This document shows, one piece after another, positions 1 to 7,497 of a DNA stretch of 24,087 nt; the stretch's first letter is position 1; the number at the start of each line of letters is the position of its first letter. Where the stretch lies: assembly GCA_031372065.1 (NCBI GenBank), contig JANMKN010000238.1, positions 1 through 24,087 on the forward strand, in the 5' to 3' direction. Origin of the DNA: Abditibacteriaceae bacterium (GTDB lineage Bacteria > Armatimonadota > Abditibacteriia > Abditibacteriales > Abditibacteriaceae). The position numbers and the translations under genes were made by a program. The notes beneath the pieces are model-generated. The model ran no database searches. It was not told where the DNA came from and saw only the letters and a list, made by a program, of their open reading frames with translations.

Positions 1-288
1 GCGTTTTAAGCGCGTCCGAATTTCACCCGCGCTACGAACGCGATAGCCCAAAAAATGCAACGCCCGCGCGTAGGCTTTGGCATCGCCATCTTCTTGCAAA
101 AGCGCGGCAAGTTCGTCGTTATCCAGCGTTCTTCCGGCGCGCAAACCGCGCCGCGCCGCTAAATCGGCATCTACGGCGAAGGAAAATTTTTCGCCTACAA
201 AAACATTAACGCGCTCACCAAGATGGCGGCGCGTTTTGGCTTGGGCTTCGACCGAGGTAATAATGCCGGGAAACGGTTGGCGCGACAT
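1..288 (-). CDS. recX: Regulatory protein RecX, N-terminal part (runs off the window edge)
   Basis: Not in the ORF track. Manual translation from ATG at 288 gives MSRQPFPGIITSVEAQAKTRRHLGERVNVFVGEKFSFAVDADLAARRGLRAGRTLDNDELAALLQEDGDAKAYARALHFLGYRVRSAGEIRTRLKR. The 'IT-v-Q..R.NVF.d..F.F.vd' N-terminus and 'AL.FL..R.RS..EI..RL' motif match long-form RecX. Confidence 0.85.
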   Translation of the reverse strand, partial: MSRQPFPGIITSVEAQAKTRRHLGERVNVFVGEKFSFAVDADLAARRGLRAGRTLDNDELAALLQEDGDAKAYARALHFLGYRVRSAGEIRTRLKR

Positions 289-490
289 AAAATCCCTTAA
301 TTTTAAGGAAATTCCCTTAATTTTAAGGGATTTCTCTGCCTTTGATAGAAAAATTCCTTACTTTGACAGGAAGAATCCTTGATTTTGAAGAAATCTCGCT
401 TGAAAACAAGCAATGGCCCTGCCAACTAAAGAAACATTTCTCCGTTTGACAGGGCCATTGCTTCCCATCGAAGGGCGAACGCTTAAATTG
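289..490. repeat. Degenerate ~21-bp palindromic tandem array (about 9 units)
   Basis: Units have a CTT/CCT-N6-8-(A/C/T)AG dyad core. The recurring xAG falls at 305, 325, 346, 367, 388, 408, 429, 450 and 471 (steps of 20-21). TCCCTTAATTTTAAGG is repeated exactly at 293 and 313; CTTTGA(T/C)AG(A/G)AA at 340 and 361. Confidence 0.7.
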
Positions 491-493
491 GCT

Positions 494-1621
494 TCAGTTC
501 TCCAAGCTGGCGCGATATTTTTCATAAGTGCCGTCGAAATACAACACGCGCACTTTTTTGAATTCTTTGGTGGAAAACAGCAAAGCATAGTCGCTGATGC
601 CGGTTTCTTTTTCGATGGCATCCACGACGGCCAAACAATCGCCTTTTTTGCGGCCATGAACCATCGTAAACACCGAATAAGGCCAATCGGGATAAACCGG
701 TCGCTCGTAGCAATGCGACACGGCGGCGAAACTCGCCATTTGCGGCCCGACTTCGTTAATGCGCTCTTCGGGCACTTCCCAAACCGCCATCGCGTTGGAA
801 ATGTAACCAGCGTCGCGGTGATGCAAAACGCCCGAAAAACGACGCATTAGTTTGGTATCCAAAAGTCGCTGCGCGTCGGCGAACATTTGTTCGACGCTGA
901 CGCCCAGTTCGGCGGCCCACGCATCAAACGGGCGCGACACGATTTCCAAATCCTGCTGCATGACGCGAATGAGTTCTTGGTCGGCGGGCGAAGGCGCATC
1001 AAAGATTTCGATTTTGCTCCACGAATGTTTCACTTCGCTTTTGCGCAGCAAATCGGCTTCGCCGCTCATGTCCAAAACCACGCCGATTTTGAAAAGTTTC
1101 AGTGTCGGCAACATCCATGTCTTTTCGGCGCCGGTTTTGGCGTGCAATTCGTCCACATCACGCTGCAAATCGCCCGATGGCGGCACGGCGATGGTGAACC
1201 ATAAATTATAAGGATGATTGCGCTCGTAATTGTGCGACACGCCCGGATGTTGGTTGATAATGTCGGCGGCTTGCTGAATGTGTTCGGGCGCGACTTTCAT
1301 GGCAACCAGTGAGGTGCGATAACCCAAGCGACGCGAATCGAAAATCGCCGACATTTGCCGCAAAACGTGCAAATCTTTCAGCTTTTGCATGGATTCGATG
1401 ATTTGCTCTTCGCTGCGCCCCAGTTTTTCGCCGAGCGTTAAATAAGGCCGTTCGGTGAGCGGAAAATCGGTTTGAATCAAATCGAGCAACGCGCGATCAT
1501 GTTCGTTCATCGCGTTTTTGCGCTCGCGCGCCGAAATGCGCTTGGCTTCCTGCGTTTCAAATTCCGTCACGGCGTCTTGCGATTGCTTCATTGCGACTTG
1601 TTCGACTGTTTCGAGAGTCAT
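494..1621 (-). CDS. ahbAB: Fused siroheme decarboxylase alpha/beta (AhbA-AhbB / NirDL-like, AsnC/Lrp fold)
   Basis: Two tandem HTH plus AsnC-like modules. AhbA-type 'QTDFPLTERPY...GVSHNYERNHPYNLWFT' and AhbB-type 'VSHCYERPVYPDWPYSVFTMVHGR...LFSTKEFKK'. ATGA overlap with the upstream gene. Confidence 0.85.
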   Translation of the reverse strand: MTLETVEQVAMKQSQDAVTEFETQEAKRISARERKNAMNEHDRALLDLIQTDFPLTERPYLTLGEKLGRSEEQIIESMQKLKDLHVLRQMSAIFDSRRLGYRTSLVAMKVAPEHIQQAADIINQHPGVSHNYERNHPYNLWFTIAVPPSGDLQRDVDELHAKTGAEKTWMLPTLKLFKIGVVLDMSGEADLLRKSEVKHSWSKIEIFDAPSPADQELIRVMQQDLEIVSRPFDAWAAELGVSVEQMFADAQRLLDTKLMRRFSGVLHHRDAGYISNAMAVWEVPEERINEVGPQMASFAAVSHCYERPVYPDWPYSVFTMVHGRKKGDCLAVVDAIEKETGISDYALLFSTKEFKKVRVLYFDGTYEKYRASLEN

Positions 1622-2832
1622 TGTAAAAGTTCCTTCACGGCTTCGGTCATGGCTTGTGCGCCGATGAATAAAGCGCGCTCGTCAATGTTAAATTTCGGAT
1701 GATGATGCGGATAAACCGCGTCAATTATTTCGTTGCGCCCGCCCACAAAAAAGTAGCAGCCGGGCACTTCTTCCAGCACCAGCGACATATCCTCGGCGCC
1801 CATCGTCGGCTCAAATTCGACCACATTTTCGGCCCCGACAACGCGCTCAAAAGCCGGACGCACGCGCGCGGCGACGCTTTCATCGTTGACCGTGGGCGGA
1901 TTCTCTTTGATGTATTCAAATTCGCCGCGCCCGCCAAAAACTGTTGGCAGTTCTTCGACAATTTCGCGGCAACGGCGTTCTAAAGTGGCGCGCACAACCG
2001 GGTCGAAAGCACGCACGGTGCCTTCGATATACGCCTCGCCGGGAATGATATTAAAGGCGCTGCCCGCTTGCACGATGCCCACGGTGACAACGCCAGCGTC
2101 CATCGCCTTTATGTTGCGCGAAATCGTGGTTTGTAAGGCCAAAATCACTTGCGCGGCGATCACAATTGGGTCAATTGTTTGATGCGGCGAAGCGCCGTGC
2201 CCGCCTTTGCCGATAATGCGCGCTTTGAAACCATCGGCGCACGCCATAACCGGCCCACTTTTGAGGCCGATTTTGCCGACTTCAATATCGCTCCAAACGT
2301 GCAGCGCCAAGCAATAATCGGGCTTTTCAGCCAGTAATCCATCAGCAATCATGCTGCGCGCGCCGCCCAAACCTTCTTCGGCGGGCTGAAACATAAATTT
2401 CACGTTGCCGCGCAGTTTGTCTTTTTCTTGCAACAGCAAACGTGCCACAGTGAGGCCTGTTGCGGTATGCAAATCGTGCCCGCACGCGTGCATTTTGCCC
2501 GCTGTGCGCGATTTCCACTGCCACGCGTTGTCTTCCAAAATCGGTAGCGCGTCCATATCAGCGCGCACCAAAACCATCGGGCCGTTTTCCGCTTCGGGAT
2601 GTGCGCCGCGCAAAATTGCGACAACGCCCGTTTTGCCGATCCCTTCCCTCACTTCCAAGCCCAATTCGCGCAAGCGCGCCGCGACGATGCCTGATGTGCG
2701 CGTTTCCTCGAAGCCGATTTCAGGAAACGCATGAAAATCGCGCCGCAACGCCACAATATCTTCATGCCACGGCAGTTCCAACGACGGCGCGACGAAGTTT
2801 TCTTGAAGAGGAGGGATGGGGAAGGTTTGCAT
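1618..2832 (-). CDS. M20D family amidohydrolase (hippurate/IAA-amino acid hydrolase-like)
   Basis: Motifs RRDFHAFPEIGFEE, RADMDALP, MHACGHD, FQPAEEG, GKGGHGASPH, MGAEDM, HHPKFNIDE. Confidence 0.92.
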   Translation of the reverse strand: MQTFPIPPLQENFVAPSLELPWHEDIVALRRDFHAFPEIGFEETRTSGIVAARLRELGLEVREGIGKTGVVAILRGAHPEAENGPMVLVRADMDALPILEDNAWQWKSRTAGKMHACGHDLHTATGLTVARLLLQEKDKLRGNVKFMFQPAEEGLGGARSMIADGLLAEKPDYCLALHVWSDIEVGKIGLKSGPVMACADGFKARIIGKGGHGASPHQTIDPIVIAAQVILALQTTISRNIKAMDAGVVTVGIVQAGSAFNIIPGEAYIEGTVRAFDPVVRATLERRCREIVEELPTVFGGRGEFEYIKENPPTVNDESVAARVRPAFERVVGAENVVEFEPTMGAEDMSLVLEEVPGCYFFVGGRNEIIDAVYPHHHPKFNIDERALFIGAQAMTEAVKELLQ

Positions 2833-2833
2833 G

Positions 2834-2879
2834 GAATTTTGAATTTTGAATTAAGGTGCGCTATTCAAAATTAAGAATT
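2834..2879. repeat. Heptamer (GAATTTT) repeats forming an inverted repeat
   Basis: GAATTTT x2.7 at 2834-2852. AATTTTGAAT (2842-2851) is the perfect reverse complement of ATTCAAAATT (2863-2872). Confidence 0.6.
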
Positions 2880-3459
2880 AAAAAACGTCGCTGCCACCGC
2901 GAATGAGTTGCATCATCTCCATGCGCGTTGGCAAATCGAGAAACACGCCGCGCATCGCGGAAGTCGTCATTTTTGAATGCTGTTTTTCGACGCCGCGCAT
3001 TATCATACAAAGATGGACTCCCTCGGCCACGACGCCGACACCGGCGGGTTGAAGAGCTTCTTCAAGGGCATCGGCGATTTGGTTGGTGAGTCGCTCTTGC
3101 ACTTGCAAGCGACGCGAAAACATATCTACAATGCGCGCCATTTTGGAAACGCCGACAATTTTTCCGTTGGGAATGTAGGCGATATGGCATTTGCCGAAAA
3201 ACGGCACCATGTGGTGTTCGCAGAGCGAATAAAACTCAATATCGCGCAGCAACACCATGTTATTGTTGTCTTCGTGGAAAACGGCTTTGTTCAGCAGTTC
3301 ATCTATGGATTGACGATAACCCTGCGTGAAAAATTCCATCGCAGCGGCGGCGCGTTGCGGGGTTTTGAGCAAGCCTTCGCGTTCTGGGTCTTCGCCCACG
3401 TTTTCTAAAATCTGCCGATACAAAGCGGCCATGCCGCCGTTTTCTGGATGTTCGTTCAC
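2878..3459 (-). CDS. folE: GTP cyclohydrolase I
   Basis: [46 protein letters not shown] (Zn ligands C/H/C present). GTGA overlap with the PTPS stop. Confidence 0.96.
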   Translation of the reverse strand: MNEHPENGGMAALYRQILENVGEDPEREGLLKTPQRAAAAMEFFTQGYRQSIDELLNKAVFHEDNNNMVLLRDIEFYSLCEHHMVPFFGKCHIAYIPNGKIVGVSKMARIVDMFSRRLQVQERLTNQIADALEEALQPAGVGVVAEGVHLCMIMRGVEKQHSKMTTSAMRGVFLDLPTRMEMMQLIRGGSDVF

Positions 3460-4253
3460 GCTTCAACCTCAAAGTAATTTTTTTGTGTCTCGTGCAGGCC
3501 GATTTTGGCTAAATGATGGCCCTTGGCGTTTAACTTGTCTTGCAAAACCGCGAAAATGACGCGCGCGAAATTTTCGCTGGTGGGAATCAAATTTTCAAAT
3601 TCCGGGCAGTCTTCGTTGAGATGCTTGTGATCGAAACGCTCGAAAACTTCGGCTTCGACAAGCGCATCCAACTTATCCGGCGCGATGATAAAACCGGCTT
3701 CGTTTGGTGCGCCTTCGATGGTCACTTCCAAGCCGTAATTATGACCGTGTCCGGCCAAATTGGAGCATTTTCCGTAAAGCGCGGTGTTTTCCGCGTCCGA
3801 TAAATCGGGCGAACACAAACGGTGCGCAGCGGCGAATTCGTATTTGCGAGTGAGGCGCATAATGTTGATGGTTTTTTCCACGGAAAGCCGCGTTGAGGCT
3901 TGTAAAACCACGCGATGCAACGTGCCTTCTTCGATTCCGGCAGGCAAACGCTGCCATAGAAATTCTACAATGTTTTCCACCGAAGGCGGCGCGTTTAAGA
4001 TTTTGTCACTGCCTGTTAGCATGGCGCAGTCAAGCGGCGCGACTGCTTGGGCCAACGCCGGCTTGATGTCGGAAATGTTGACCACCATGCCATTTTTTTC
4101 GGGCACGCGGCCTTTGTAATAAACAGTCAGCACACAATCGTAACCATGCGGTTTTTGCAGTCGCGAAGGCCAGTTTTCGAGCGGCGCATGGCGTCCCACA
4201 GAAAAATAAGCGCGGCGCGCGATGGAAACTTGGTCCGGTAGATTTAACTTCAT
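3456..4253 (-). CDS. Tandem-domain 6-pyruvoyl-tetrahydropterin synthase family protein
   Basis: Likely start is ATG 4253 (MKLNLPDQV), in an ATGA overlap with the permease stop, not 4691. The C-terminal domain has [28 protein letters not shown] and PTSEN. The N-terminal domain is a degenerate copy ([22 protein letters not shown]). Confidence 0.88.
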   Translation of the reverse strand: MKLNLPDQVSIARRAYFSVGRHAPLENWPSRLQKPHGYDCVLTVYYKGRVPEKNGMVVNISDIKPALAQAVAPLDCAMLTGSDKILNAPPSVENIVEFLWQRLPAGIEEGTLHRVVLQASTRLSVEKTINIMRLTRKYEFAAAHRLCSPDLSDAENTALYGKCSNLAGHGHNYGLEVTIEGAPNEAGFIIAPDKLDALVEAEVFERFDHKHLNEDCPEFENLIPTSENFARVIFAVLQDKLNAKGHHLAKIGLHETQKNYFEVEA

Positions 4254-5110
4254 TGTTCGTAAGTTTGCCCCAACGACGCCGGAGCGCGCGTGTTGCCTGC
4301 AAAACCCGCCAAGGTGAGTAACGTAACAAGGTAGGGCAGCGCTAAGAGCAAAGGCGAAAAATAGGAACCGACCTTGGCCTGCAAAGAAAATTGTGCGCTT
4401 TCGGTGGCACCAAAAAGAAGTGCGGCGCCGATAGCTCCCAGCGGATTCCAACGTCCGAAAATCACAATCGCCAAAGCGATAAAACCGCGCCCTGCTGTCA
4501 TGTTTTCCGCGAACGAAGTGGTGTGCGACTGCGATAAAAAGGCGCCTGCCAAACCGCACAACGCGCCGTTGCAAAGTGTTGCCAGCCAACGCGTTTTTTG
4601 CACATCCACGCCCGCTGTGTCCGCTGCTTGCGGATATTCGCCTACCGCTCGCAGTTGCAATCCCGTTTTCGTGTGACGCAGCATCCACCACAAAAACAGA
4701 GCGAAAACCGCGCCGGAGATAATGAAGGCAAATTGTGGCACGGGCACTGCTTCGTAGGCCTGAAATTTCTCAATAAAACGCCGATGCAGCACGCCGGTTA
4801 GCCCCAGCGCCAATAAATTGATGCCGGTTCCGGCGACAATCGCATCGGCCCGCCCTGAAATGGCGAGCGCGGCAAAAACGGACGCCAGTAAAATCCCAGC
4901 CAACATCGCCACGCCAATGCCGATAAATACATTGCCCCAATAAAACGAAGCCGCCGCGCCCGCCCACGCGCCGCCCAGCATCATGCCTTCAAGTCCAATA
5001 TTCAACACGCCCGCGCGCTCGCCAATCAATTCGCCGAGCGCCGCCAGCAGCAATGGCGCGGCCAAAGCCAAAGCAGTCAGAAAAAATTGTTGCGCGATTT
5101 CGGGTGTCAT
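4250..5110 (-). CDS. ABC transporter permease, nucleoside/simple-sugar type (BPD_transp_2)
   Basis: LGELIGERAGVLNIGLEGMML, GLQLRAVGEYP, AGRGFIALAIVIFGRWNP, LPYLVTL; multiple TM segments. Confidence 0.92.
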   Translation of the reverse strand: MTPEIAQQFFLTALALAAPLLLAALGELIGERAGVLNIGLEGMMLGGAWAGAAASFYWGNVFIGIGVAMLAGILLASVFAALAISGRADAIVAGTGINLLALGLTGVLHRRFIEKFQAYEAVPVPQFAFIISGAVFALFLWWMLRHTKTGLQLRAVGEYPQAADTAGVDVQKTRWLATLCNGALCGLAGAFLSQSHTTSFAENMTAGRGFIALAIVIFGRWNPLGAIGAALLFGATESAQFSLQAKVGSYFSPLLLALPYLVTLLTLAGFAGNTRAPASLGQTYEQ

Positions 5111-5135
5111 GCCGCTTTAGTTTGCCTGTTGCCAG

Positions 5136-5372
5136 TCAGGAAAACAGCGCTGTTTTCGTCACTGCTGTGACCCTTTTTGTCACCGCTGTGCCTGATTTTG
5201 GTGCTGTTGTGACAGATTTCGTCACTGCTGTGACCAATTTTGTCACCGCTGTGCCTGATTTTGCTCGTTCGCTGCCTGTTTTTGTCACAGCAGCGACCAA
5301 AAAGGGCACAGCGGCTCCGTTTTGGGGAACTGCTGTGCCCGATTTGGTCACTGCTGTGACGGTTTTCGTCAC
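5136..5372 (-). CDS. Possible 78-aa heptad-repeat peptide (TAVTKxG/V) encoded by the array
   Basis: Open frame from a GTG 11 nt after the upstream stop; unit variation favours third codon positions. There is no clear RBS and the opposite strand is equally open, so it may be non-coding. Confidence 0.25.
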   Translation of the reverse strand: MTKTVTAVTKSGTAVPQNGAAVPFLVAAVTKTGSERAKSGTAVTKLVTAVTKSVTTAPKSGTAVTKRVTAVTKTALFS

Positions 5373-5379
5373 AGCGGTG
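5140..5379. repeat. 21-bp palindromic tandem array (10 full units plus 1 partial) capped by a perfect 18-bp palindrome
   Basis: Units start at 5158, 5179, 5200, 5221, 5242, 5263, 5284, 5305, 5326, 5347 and 5368. Consensus is G(T/G)CAC-nGCn-GTG(A/C)C plus a 7-nt mostly T-rich linker. Units 2 and 5 are identical. GAAAACAGCGCTGTTTTC lies at 5140-5157. Confidence 0.93.
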
Positions 5380-5383
5380 GGTT

Positions 5384-5866
5384 TTACGGCGTGTTGCCGG
5401 GCGGATTGGGGGACGAACCGCCTTGGCTTTTGTAGCGCTCGGCTAAATCGTCCACGATGGTTTGGAACTTGGCGTTGAGCCGCGCCAGACCTTTGAACAG
5501 CTTGTAGGCGTTGTCGGCGAACTTCTTCGACACCGAGCCTGCCACCAACGCCGTGTTGTGCGGGCCGACCAAGATTTGCAGCAAACGGTCTTCGATGGCG
5601 TCGGCTTGCTCGAAGGTTTTGTGGGCCTTGTCGAAGTCGCTCACCGAAAACGCCGCGCCTAACGACGCCGCGTTTTTGCTGGCGGCGTCCTCGGCGGTAT
5701 CCACATAGCCTTCGGAACGTTCACCCAACGGCGAAAGGCGTTTTAGGCTGTGTGCATCTAACGGGATGTTAAACGGAGCCACTTTCAGTGCCACCTGATC
5801 CAAAAGCGACATAACTTCGGCATAGTCGGCATCGGAAAGCGGAGCAGGAACATTGAGATTGTCCAT
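5384..5866 (-). CDS. Conserved hypothetical alpha-helical protein (160 aa)
   Basis: Strong RBS GGAGGTGA upstream and an amphipathic helical pattern. From memory it resembles a widespread uncharacterised ~150-aa family (..P..I.L....+.L..+G.+s..+V..A....N..; dT....GS; Y...K..A+.n..; .+..dL..RF/Y). Pro/Gly-rich C-terminal tail. Confidence 0.85.
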   Translation of the reverse strand: MDNLNVPAPLSDADYAEVMSLLDQVALKVAPFNIPLDAHSLKRLSPLGERSEGYVDTAEDAASKNAASLGAAFSVSDFDKAHKTFEQADAIEDRLLQILVGPHNTALVAGSVSKKFADNAYKLFKGLARLNAKFQTIVDDLAERYKSQGGSSPNPPGNTP

Positions 5867-5872
5867 AAATAC

Positions 5873-5927
5873 TCACCTCCTTAATAGGTATTATCAATAT
5901 GATAAAAAGAAGCGAGAACTTTTGCAA
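5873..5927 (-). promoter_or_regulatory. Sigma70-type promoter and RBS for the 160-aa gene, with an overlapping dyad
   Basis: Minus strand: TTGCAA (5927-5922), 17 bp, TATCAT (5904-5899). Dyad TTATCA-ATA-TGATAA at 5891-5905. SD GGAGGTGA at 5880-5873. Confidence 0.6.
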
Positions 5928-5998
5928 TATATCCGGTTCTTCCGTTTTCGAGGCTTTTCTGTTTGACGATGCTCTAAAGGAAAGGCGACTCCAGAGCT

Positions 5999-6793
5999 AT
6001 GAACGCACTCCCTTTGTCATTTAATCAATTGGCGCTTTCGTGCGGCTTGATTTTGTTATGCGGCTTGCTCAGTGTGGCGCTGCATTTGAAGCTGGAAGGC
6101 GCGCTTTTCATTGGCGCCTTGCGCACCATCGTGCAGTTGTTTCTCATTGGCTACGTCCTCAAATGGGTTTTTGCGCTCGACAGTGCGCCTTTGGTTTTTG
6201 GCGTGATGGCGATAATGATTGCCATCGCAGCGCAGGCCGCCACCAGTCGCGCCACGCGACGCTTCGCGGGAATGCTGCAATGCTCGTTTGTGGCTTTGAT
6301 TATCAGCAGTTTGCTGACGACGTTTCTCGTGACTGCCGTCATTATTCAAGTGCATCCGTGGCATCATGCCCAGTATGCGATTCCCTTGCTTGGCATGATT
6401 TTGGGCAACGCCCTAACCGGTGTGTCGCTTTGCTTGGATACTCTGCTGGAAACCTTTGCCGAAAAGCGGCACGAAATCGAAAATGAATTGGCGCTTGGCG
6501 CGACAAGTTGGGAAGCGGCACGCGAACCCCTCGCACAAGCCGTCCGACGTGGCATGATTCCGCAAATCAACGCCATGAACGTCATCGGTTTGGTGTCGCT
6601 GCCCGGCATGATGACCGGCCAAATTTTAGCGGGCGCCAACCCAATCGAAGCGGTGAAATATCAAATTGTGGTGATGTTTATGGTTGCGGCTTCGTCCATG
6701 ATTGGCTGCGTTTTAATCGCGCTATTGGTTTACAAAAAACTGTTTACCACGCGGCATCAATTAGCCTCGTATCTGATTGCAAAGAAGACTTGA
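5999..6793 (+). CDS. fetB: UPF0014/FetB(YbbM)/STAR2-type ABC permease
   Basis: RTIVQLFLIGYVL, YAIPLLGMILGN, EIENELALGAT, IGLVSLPGMMTGQILAGANPIEAVKYQIVVMF. Confidence 0.88.
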   Translation: MNALPLSFNQLALSCGLILLCGLLSVALHLKLEGALFIGALRTIVQLFLIGYVLKWVFALDSAPLVFGVMAIMIAIAAQAATSRATRRFAGMLQCSFVALIISSLLTTFLVTAVIIQVHPWHHAQYAIPLLGMILGNALTGVSLCLDTLLETFAEKRHEIENELALGATSWEAAREPLAQAVRRGMIPQINAMNVIGLVSLPGMMTGQILAGANPIEAVKYQIVVMFMVAASSMIGCVLIALLVYKKLFTTRHQLASYLIAKKT

Positions 6794-6839
6794 TTTTTCA
6801 TTCTCCCGCAACCGCGTTTTGCGCGCCTATACTTTGCTT

Positions 6840-7490
6840 GTGAATTTCACTTTTCCCATTGTTGAACTGCTTCTCATGGCCGCGATTGTGTGGGCAATTG
6901 TCACAAATTTGCGTTATCAAGCGCCAGCGAAAGGCTTGCAAAAACTGCGCGAAGGCGATGTTTATGATGGCCTTTGTGCCTTGGCGGAAGCTGACCGATG
7001 GCCCGCCATACTTTCGTTTTTGAAGACACAAATCAAATTACCCGATGAAAATTTGCGCCCGCGCCTTATGGAAACTGTGCAGCAGGTGCGCGCCCTGCGC
7101 ACGGCAGCGCAAGACACTTCGCCCAATATTCCGCAGCCCATCCGCGAGCAGATTCTCAAAGAATCAAACGATGCGTTAGATGCCTTGTGGCGCACCTGTC
7201 AGCGCTTATCGGGAGCGGCCCGCCTCGAAGTGGATGCTAATTTGTTGAAAAGCGAATTAGAAACCGAACGCGCCAATTTGCAGCAACTTTTCGAGGCCAC
7301 AAAAAGCGCCAAAGTTGAGTTGGCGCGCTTGAATTTAGCGGGCGGAAAACAGGAAATCAGCGAAGCGACAGCCCAATTCGGTCAACTTGGTTGGGCCGCG
7401 CGCGAAATGCGTCGCGTGGACGATGCAATGTGGTGCAGCGATGATGAAACATCAAACACTTCCTCAAGCGCGCCGCCGGAAATGAATTAA
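6840..7490 (+). CDS. Hypothetical membrane-anchored helical/coiled-coil protein
   Basis: Likely GTG start at 6840, which avoids overlap with fetB. N-terminal TM (FPIVELLLMAAIVWAIV) followed by heptad-like helices. Confidence 0.7.
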   Translation: MNFTFPIVELLLMAAIVWAIVTNLRYQAPAKGLQKLREGDVYDGLCALAEADRWPAILSFLKTQIKLPDENLRPRLMETVQQVRALRTAAQDTSPNIPQPIREQILKESNDALDALWRTCQRLSGAARLEVDANLLKSELETERANLQQLFEATKSAKVELARLNLAGGKQEISEATAQFGQLGWAAREMRRVDDAMWCSDDETSNTSSSAPPEMN

Positions 7491-7497
7491 ACGCCCA

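Noticed and set aside
77..850. Plus-strand ORFs 77-382 and 413-850
   Set aside because: Antisense to recX and ahbAB and running through the repeat array; no motifs.
4254..4691. N-terminal extension of the PTPS ORF in the track
   Set aside because: It overlaps the permease in another frame; the ATGA-coupled start at 4253 is more plausible. This also leaves no room for a preQ1 riboswitch.
5140..5379. CRISPR or TIGR-type guide array
   Set aside because: The period is only 21 bp with 7-nt similar linkers and no unique spacers. No cas gene or Nop-domain gene is recognisable, and no box C/D motifs were seen.
5136..5720. Programmed -1 frameshift fusing the 160-aa protein to the heptad peptide
   Set aside because: The -1 frame is open over a long stretch, but no canonical X XXY YYZ slippery site was found and the protein ends where its recalled family ends.
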